Virus record (IMG/VR): IMGVR_UViG_3300030117_003229
Location: 44,903-64,902 of that record
Strand: one strand, 5' to 3'
Origin: an uncultured virus (IMG/VR IMGVR_UViG_3300030117_003229)
Lineage: Duplodnaviria > Heunggongvirae > Uroviricota > Caudoviricetes
DNA length: 20,000 bases
Below are positions 15,188 to 20,000 of this stretch, piece by piece. Position 1 is the stretch's first letter, and the number at the start of each line of letters is the position of its first letter. The notes under the pieces are model-generated. The model made no database searches. It was not told the origin of the DNA and saw only the letters and a program-made list of their open reading frames with translations. A program made the position numbers and the translations under genes.

Positions 15188-16176
15188 TAATACCTCGTTG
15201 CTCTTACTGATTTAATAGGTGTAAATGATTGATCTAATTCACCACTAACTTCAAGCTCAAATTCATCGCCTGTTGTATATAATCCCGGAGTAAATCTCAC
15301 ATACATATCATGTCCTACAAGTTGCCAATATCCATCAATTATTTCATCATTAGCCATCTGCTCTAGCTTGAGTCCATTTTCATTACCTATAAAAGAATTA
15401 AATTTCACCGTTGTGTTTTCTGTTCCTGCTGTAAATGTACCACCAGAACTAATAATAATTTTTATAATGTCCCACGGATAAGAACTCCTACCCCTTACAT
15501 CGGCAATACCACCAGTTGTATTTGAATTGATAGAAACTGGTCTTAAAATGCCTTTGTATTTTGATTCATCTTCTGATTGATATAAAGTTATTTCACCTTT
15601 TCTTAGCATATCTAGTAAGCCAGTTCCCTGATCATTTATAGCCTGTGATCTAATCTGATCAGCCTTTTCTACATCATAGGGTCTTACTAAACTATCTACA
15701 GCTATAATAGAAGTACATCTAACTATAATCTCAGGATAGTTAAAGCTTGAGGCATCCATTGTGCCAACTCCTTTGTTTGGGTATATTGGGAATGGGAGGA
15801 AACTGCGAACAAAGTCACTAGCACGCTGAACAGCCTCAGTCTTTAAATCACCCCAGTCTCTAGATGCCTCAAATACACTACTATTTAAATTATTAACACT
15901 TGTCCCTTGAAAATAATATTCTAACAAATCTGTACTTGCAGTATATCTATAATTGTCATCTGAACTCGGTTCATTAGTTGTAGATGTTAATTCCTTTCCA
16001 TCCTTGTAAACTTGCCCACTAGCATCTCCTGTGTTATATAGGTAATATAAGTGAGATGTTCCTGAAGCTACCCAATTACTAGCTAAAACTTTTTTCCCAT
16101 CATATTCACCTATATATGGCTCAATAAAGGTAAGGTCTGATGTTGTATTACAATAACTTTCAAAATATGTACTCAT
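15187..16176 (-). CDS. Probable head-tail adaptor (YC..SDL / A...VRSFL..P / PEII motifs) with extra beta domains
   Basis: Motifs resemble Mu gp36/SPP1 gp15-type adaptors; position before the terminator. Confidence 0.45.
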   Translation of the reverse strand: MSTYFESYCNTTSDLTFIEPYIGEYDGKKVLASNWVASGTSHLYYLYNTGDASGQVYKDGKELTSTTNEPSSDDNYRYTASTDLLEYYFQGTSVNNLNSSVFEASRDWGDLKTEAVQRASDFVRSFLPFPIYPNKGVGTMDASSFNYPEIIVRCTSIIAVDSLVRPYDVEKADQIRSQAINDQGTGLLDMLRKGEITLYQSEDESKYKGILRPVSINSNTTGGIADVRGRSSYPWDIIKIIISSGGTFTAGTENTTVKFNSFIGNENGLKLEQMANDEIIDGYWQLVGHDMYVRFTPGLYTTGDEFELEVSGELDQSFTPIKSVRATRY

Positions 16177-16400
16177 GCTTCTGCCTCTGGTTTTGGTAAG
16201 GGATCATATTCTATTACTTGAAGTTCTAAGCTTCTAACTCCTTCAATTAATTTTATTAAAAATTCTTTTTCATCTATACTTGTATTATCTAAAATAATAT
16301 TTGAAATATCTACACTATCAGCAAATTCTTTACACCTCATAATAATATCAAAGGCATTGTAGTCCATTCTGCTAGTATCTATTTCTGTGATCTTTTCCAT
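16173..16400 (-). CDS. Hypothetical acidic protein
   Basis: ORF coupled to its neighbours. Confidence 0.6.
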   Translation of the reverse strand: MEKITEIDTSRMDYNAFDIIMRCKEFADSVDISNIILDNTSIDEKEFLIKLIEGVRSLELQVIEYDPLPKPEAEA

Positions 16401-17425
16401 TTTAAAAACTCTGCCCCTTCATAGGGATTAAAAATTGTAGTAATAAGCCTATTATCATGATCATCATATTTAGGATCAATAATTGTAACTGGTGCATTAA
16501 ATATATTTTTATCATCTAAACCTAACTTATCTGCATATCCATCCATAATTTTAAAACTTGCTACTTGTAAGGCATGAGAAATTAAGCCTGAAGCTGGGTC
16601 TTTTAAAACTTGATAACCTGAAACATGAGTATGTCCACAAGTTAAAATGTGATCTTTCCAACCCATTTGTGCGGCTTTTGCTACCCCATGTGCTGTATTC
16701 CACATTGAATACCCTTTGAAAGTATGTCTAGCATTTATTCTTATTTGCCTTGAATTAGGAAACCTAAGATTTAATCTAGCTCCCCATTTCTCATATACCC
16801 CCTGATGTCCCCTCATTATAAAATCTAGAGGGTCACCATCACCTGACCAAACATCATGATTTCCTGCTACCAAATACAGCCAATTAACACTATTTACAAA
16901 ATGTTCTGTAAGTCTCCATGATTCTTTAGCTGTGACAGATTGCTGTCCATGTAGGAAAGATAGCCTACCTATCCAATTATTCTGCACATCACCTAAATTA
17001 CCAGCAAACATTCCATCTGTTTTATTGATAAGATTACATAAGGAATAAATTTCTGCAATGTTTGTACCATCATCATCAATATGTGGATCACCAAAATGGC
17101 ATATACCAATAGGGCCGTTTTTCTTTATATCTATATTTATTAAAGTTTTAGACTCTTTAGCTTTGATTTGTATAGAATATTTTTTCTTTCTATGTTCTAT
17201 TAAATCATCAATAGGCATAAATTCAGGGTCAGTAACTTCCTTTACAAATTGTGCTTTTTCTAAAATCATTGGTGCAACTGTCCTTTTACCACAATTATTA
17301 CACATATATTGCTGTTTTTTACTTTTTGCCCTATAAAGGAAACCAAATTTTCTAATATCTCTACTTCCACAATGCTTACAACCTATAATATTTCCATCTA
17401 TATCCTGTACTAAAGGATCACTCAT
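16379..17425 (-). CDS. Calcineurin-like metallophosphoesterase with N-terminal Zn ribbon
   Basis: GDPH, GDVQNN, GNHD, RH and GHTH motifs; N-terminal CKHCGS...QQYMCNNCGK. Confidence 0.85.
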   Translation of the reverse strand: MSDPLVQDIDGNIIGCKHCGSRDIRKFGFLYRAKSKKQQYMCNNCGKRTVAPMILEKAQFVKEVTDPEFMPIDDLIEHRKKKYSIQIKAKESKTLINIDIKKNGPIGICHFGDPHIDDDGTNIAEIYSLCNLINKTDGMFAGNLGDVQNNWIGRLSFLHGQQSVTAKESWRLTEHFVNSVNWLYLVAGNHDVWSGDGDPLDFIMRGHQGVYEKWGARLNLRFPNSRQIRINARHTFKGYSMWNTAHGVAKAAQMGWKDHILTCGHTHVSGYQVLKDPASGLISHALQVASFKIMDGYADKLGLDDKNIFNAPVTIIDPKYDDHDNRLITTIFNPYEGAEFLKWKRSQK

Positions 17426-17903
17426 ATTTGATCACAATTTCTTTAAAATGATCAACTGTCCCTTTTCCTTTTTCTGTATTGTACCATTTCTTCCAATATC
17501 TAGCCTGATCATCTAATGTTTCAGGTAATTTCTCTGGACATCTCCAATAATGAAGCCTACAAGCTATAATCCCAGCAGTTAAATTAGTTGTTAGTATTTG
17601 CTTCCAATCTTCTTCTGTTGGATCAGTAAAGTATTTCCAATCTAAATAACAAACATCAGCAACCTTTTTCATTAACTGACTTCTGTACTTTAAATAGTCA
17701 TTACATAAACTTACAGCAACCCACGGTTCACATTGCCAGAAGCCACGAGCTATATCAGAACCTTTTTGAGTAAGATATTTATATTTAGATTCAACTAAAC
17801 CAGTTCTATATATAAGCATCATAGCTTCATGACTTGCAAACTTAGAACCCATTTTTTCTAGGGTGTTCTTTATCAGGTGCATCATTTGTAGTGCATCAAT
17901 CAT
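17418..17903 (-). CDS. Probable endolysin (lysozyme/transglycosylase-like fold)
   Basis: Catalytic-type ES, ARGFWQCEP, ACRLHY and YWKKWYNT..GKG motifs; adjacent to holin-like genes. Confidence 0.65.
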   Translation of the reverse strand: MIDALQMMHLIKNTLEKMGSKFASHEAMMLIYRTGLVESKYKYLTQKGSDIARGFWQCEPWVAVSLCNDYLKYRSQLMKKVADVCYLDWKYFTDPTEEDWKQILTTNLTAGIIACRLHYWRCPEKLPETLDDQARYWKKWYNTEKGKGTVDHFKEIVIKYE

Positions 17904-18130
17904 TACTTCTTCCTAAAAAAGCCACCTAAAATATCTGTAAGTAAATCCATTGCTTTTTCAAAAAACTCTTGTTCTTTTTCTTCACTTACAAAAGGGATGT
18001 CAATTTTTTGATTTAATTTAGTTGCTAACATATCTGCAAATTCATCTGATTCTATTTGCTTCATAGCTTCCTCTTGCATTTTATCTGCTTGAGCTTCTGC
18101 CATTTCCATTAACATTTTTTTAAAGTCCAT
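17903..18130 (-). CDS. Hypothetical acidic helical protein (IDIPFVSEEKE motif)
   Basis: AAGGAG RBS; coupled to the endolysin gene. Confidence 0.65.
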   Translation of the reverse strand: MDFKKMLMEMAEAQADKMQEEAMKQIESDEFADMLATKLNQKIDIPFVSEEKEQEFFEKAMDLLTDILGGFFRKK

Positions 18131-18268
18131 TTATCTCTCCTTTTTAATGGTTAGTATTAATGCTATAATAGATAAGATACTTACAGTAATTTGTAGGTAT
18201 TCACTTATCTGACTTATATTTATAAAATAATTAGCTGTACTGATTGAAAAAACTCTTAATGTATCCAT
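18131..18268 (-). CDS. 45-aa holin-like membrane protein MDTLRVFSISTANYFINISQISEYLQITVSILSIIALILTIKKER
   Basis: Manual translation; TAATG overlap; hydrophobic helix followed by a basic tail; fills the gap exactly. Confidence 0.65.
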   Translation of the reverse strand: MDTLRVFSISTANYFINISQISEYLQITVSILSIIALILTIKKER

Positions 18269-18558
18269 TATTTCCTTCTAGTTTTACTAGGACTCCATTT
18301 AACCTTATTTGCCCACCAAGCGGCTGAACTTTTACCCTTTGCAATGTTCTTTCTATGACGACTTTTAAAAGCCATTCTTTGTGCTACTGTTTGATTTGTC
18401 TTAACACCTTGCTGTCCAAATCTTATTAACTTAGTAACAGTTCTACCACCTTTCTTATATCTTGCCAATACTACATGAGACTTTGTTTTATGTCTTGGCG
18501 TTCTCTTGGGTTTATTATAACCACTTAGACCAAATCTTTTTAATCTTGGGTCAGCCAT
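18268..18558 (-). CDS. Highly basic small protein (DUF5824-like: KLIRFGQQG...FKSRH...SAAWWA..VKW)
   Basis: Motif recognition from memory; very K/R-rich. Confidence 0.55.
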   Translation of the reverse strand: MADPRLKRFGLSGYNKPKRTPRHKTKSHVVLARYKKGGRTVTKLIRFGQQGVKTNQTVAQRMAFKSRHRKNIAKGKSSAAWWANKVKWSPSKTRRK

Positions 18559-18875
18559 TAATTTTTACCGTTTATCCGACTTAAACTTCCATCAATCCTA
18601 GAAACTTGATTATCTAAATCATTTATTTCTTTGGTAAGGGCATCAAATTTTCTATCTAATTTATCATCTGAGGCGTTCCATCTATTTATTAATTTTATGA
18701 TCATTCCTTCCATATTTTGTAGAGTTTCAGATTGACCTTTATTTTCAATTTTTAAATTTTCTAATTGTTCCTGTTGCCTAGCAGATTTATTAGAAAGAGA
18801 TATGACTAAATACACAAACATCGCACCCACTACGCCTATCATTCCTGCTTCGCCATATATAGCTAAAAAATCCAC
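18558..18875 (-). CDS. N-terminal TM + coiled-coil protein (BhlA/holin-like)
   Basis: TM at residues ~3-27, followed by a long heptad repeat. Confidence 0.55.
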   Translation of the reverse strand: MDFLAIYGEAGMIGVVGAMFVYLVISLSNKSARQQEQLENLKIENKGQSETLQNMEGMIIKLINRWNASDDKLDRKFDALTKEINDLDNQVSRIDGSLSRINGKN

Positions 18876-19201
18876 TATTTCTTACCTCTTTTCTTTTTGC
18901 CCCAGCTTAGTGGGTTAATATTAAATTCTTTTTCATAAAATGCTACTTTATCTGCCAACTCTTGTCTTTCAGCCCTTTCTTCCATGATATGTTTGCTAAG
19001 TAAATCCCCAATCTGTTCATTTGCAATAACAATACTATTTTCAAGGTTTTTAATCCTTGTTTCAATCTGCCAATATCCATAGACCAAGATTCCGATGAGA
19101 ACACAAATTTGACCCAACCATTTAAGATTAATGCTAACAATGGCATTATCATCAAGAATAGCAGTCCTATAACTTCTGGCTGTATTTGGCTTTTCACCCA
19201 C
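18875..19201 (-). CDS. Single-TM + coiled-coil membrane protein
   Basis: WLGQICVLIGILVYGYW TM followed by a coiled coil; GTG start after GAGGT. Confidence 0.6.
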   Translation of the reverse strand: MGEKPNTARSYRTAILDDNAIVSINLKWLGQICVLIGILVYGYWQIETRIKNLENSIVIANEQIGDLLSKHIMEERAERQELADKVAFYEKEFNINPLSWGKKKRGKK

Positions 19202-19333
19202 CTAACCTCTTTCCTCTATGTATTGTGTTGTAGTTGAGCTATTTGATTTTAAATTATTTATAACAAAATCATACTTCAAAGGAAGGTAATCAATTACTAT
19301 AACTGGGTTTGTTATTTTTTTCTTTTTCTTCAT
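19202..19333 (-). CDS. 43-aa hypothetical protein MKKKKKITNPVIVIDYLPLKY...
   Basis: Manual translation; ATGA overlap upstream; the stop abuts the next start. Confidence 0.5.
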   Translation of the reverse strand: MKKKKKITNPVIVIDYLPLKYDFVINNLKSNSSTTTQYIEERG

Positions 19334-19620
19334 AATACCATCCACCAAGCAATGCCAGTTTCTACTACAATATCAGCCATAGTGTTGTATGCCCACTTTT
19401 CTTTAGTGATATATGGTTTATAGTTTTCTACATACCATTCAAATATTTCCCATAGTACACCTATTACAAATACCCCAAATACACAATTAAAGTCTGACCA
19501 ACCTAACCATTGGAATATCTTACAGAAAAAAGCCCCTGCACCTATATGGTAAGCAGTCCATCCGTCTAGCTGACCAGTTCTTAGTTGCCAATGTACTAAT
19601 TTTGTTAATGGTGATTTCAT
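19330..19620 (-). CDS. Small multi-pass membrane protein with H...WE..E...D motif
   Basis: Hydrophobic and Trp-rich; DGWTAYH, WEIFEW and NTMADI motifs. Confidence 0.65.
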   Translation of the reverse strand: MKSPLTKLVHWQLRTGQLDGWTAYHIGAGAFFCKIFQWLGWSDFNCVFGVFVIGVLWEIFEWYVENYKPYITKEKWAYNTMADIVVETGIAWWMVL

Positions 19621-19907
19621 CTAGCCACTACCTTATTATCTATTAATTTATGTTTTACAATGTCAATGCGCCCTTGACCAAGAGGTGTCTTTTTAGCAAC
19701 CTCTTTTACATATTCTTCTTCAATAGTTTTAAATGAATCAGATTTTTTTACAATCTCTCCATCTACCCAAAGAAAAAACTTTTTTGAATTAGGATATGTG
19801 ATTGATGTAGTAGTTCCGTCAGCCAACTCCACTACTTTTGTCATTCCTTTTTTATTATTTAAGTGAATAACTACATCAAAATCTTGGGCGCATTTCCTTA
19901 CAATCAT
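19617..19907 (-). CDS. Hypothetical protein
   Basis: ORF with GGAG RBS; coupled to its neighbours. Confidence 0.65.
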   Translation of the reverse strand: MIVRKCAQDFDVVIHLNNKKGMTKVVELADGTTTSITYPNSKKFFLWVDGEIVKKSDSFKTIEEEYVKEVAKKTPLGQGRIDIVKHKLIDNKVVAR

Positions 19908-20000
19908 TAGTCGTTTTCATCTCCCGGATCATGTGGTGAGTGATCATTATTAAGCATTTCTTTCAGTTCTTTAACACCTTTTTGATGTTTGTCCACAAAT
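19907..20000 (-). CDS. 3' end of a gene entering from the right (...FVDKHQKGVKELKEMLNNDHSPHDPGDEND*)
   Basis: Open frame ending in a TAATG overlap. Confidence 0.5.
   Translation of the reverse strand, partial: FVDKHQKGVKELKEMLNNDHSPHDPGDEND

Noticed and set aside
6658..17336. All plus-strand ORFs in the track (6658, 7804, 8275, 9400, 9802, 10189, 12076, 12918, 13165, 14342, 14430, 17058)
   Set aside because: They are short antisense shadows of well-supported minus-strand genes, with no evident RBS and atypical composition.
18943..19197. Nested ORF as an Rz1-like o-spanin
   Set aside because: No cysteine or lipobox and not Pro-rich; probably an alternative-frame artefact.
1..20000. Stop-codon reassignment
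   Set aside because: Coding density is near complete under the standard code, and TAA, TGA and TAG all terminate genes.

Overview
AT-rich (roughly 30% GC by eye) segment of a tailed dsDNA phage or prophage, most likely a siphovirus. All credible genes are on the minus strand and are tightly coupled by TAATG/ATGA overlaps. Reading in the direction of transcription, 20000->7190 is a late module: small membrane/lysis genes, a lysozyme-fold endolysin, a Zn-ribbon metallophosphoesterase, a head-tail adaptor, a tail terminator, a tail tube protein, a G/GT chaperone pair with a GGGAAAC -1 frameshift, a tape measure protein, a hub and a Dit-like protein. A control region lies at 6979-7189. 6978->337 is an early/replication operon: small hypotheticals, an HTH protein, three unannotated tiny membrane proteins, an SSB-like protein, a NinG-like HNH nuclease, a replication initiator, and a TAGT/GREB1-type DNA glycosyltransferase with its partner gene. 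A second promoter at about 264-338 drives a truncated gene. The most interesting signal is a candidate regulatory circuit. (1) Two similarly built structured RNA elements (intergenic 7086-7151; intragenic 4943-5032) display anti-Shine-Dalgarno loops complementary to the leader and RBS of the first early gene. (2) 11-bp-phased ACCCT boxes lie inside the initiator gene (probable origin) and recur at identical offsets upstream of the -35 of both promoters, which also share a 13-nt +1 sequence. All family assignments are from motif recognition only; no database search was run.
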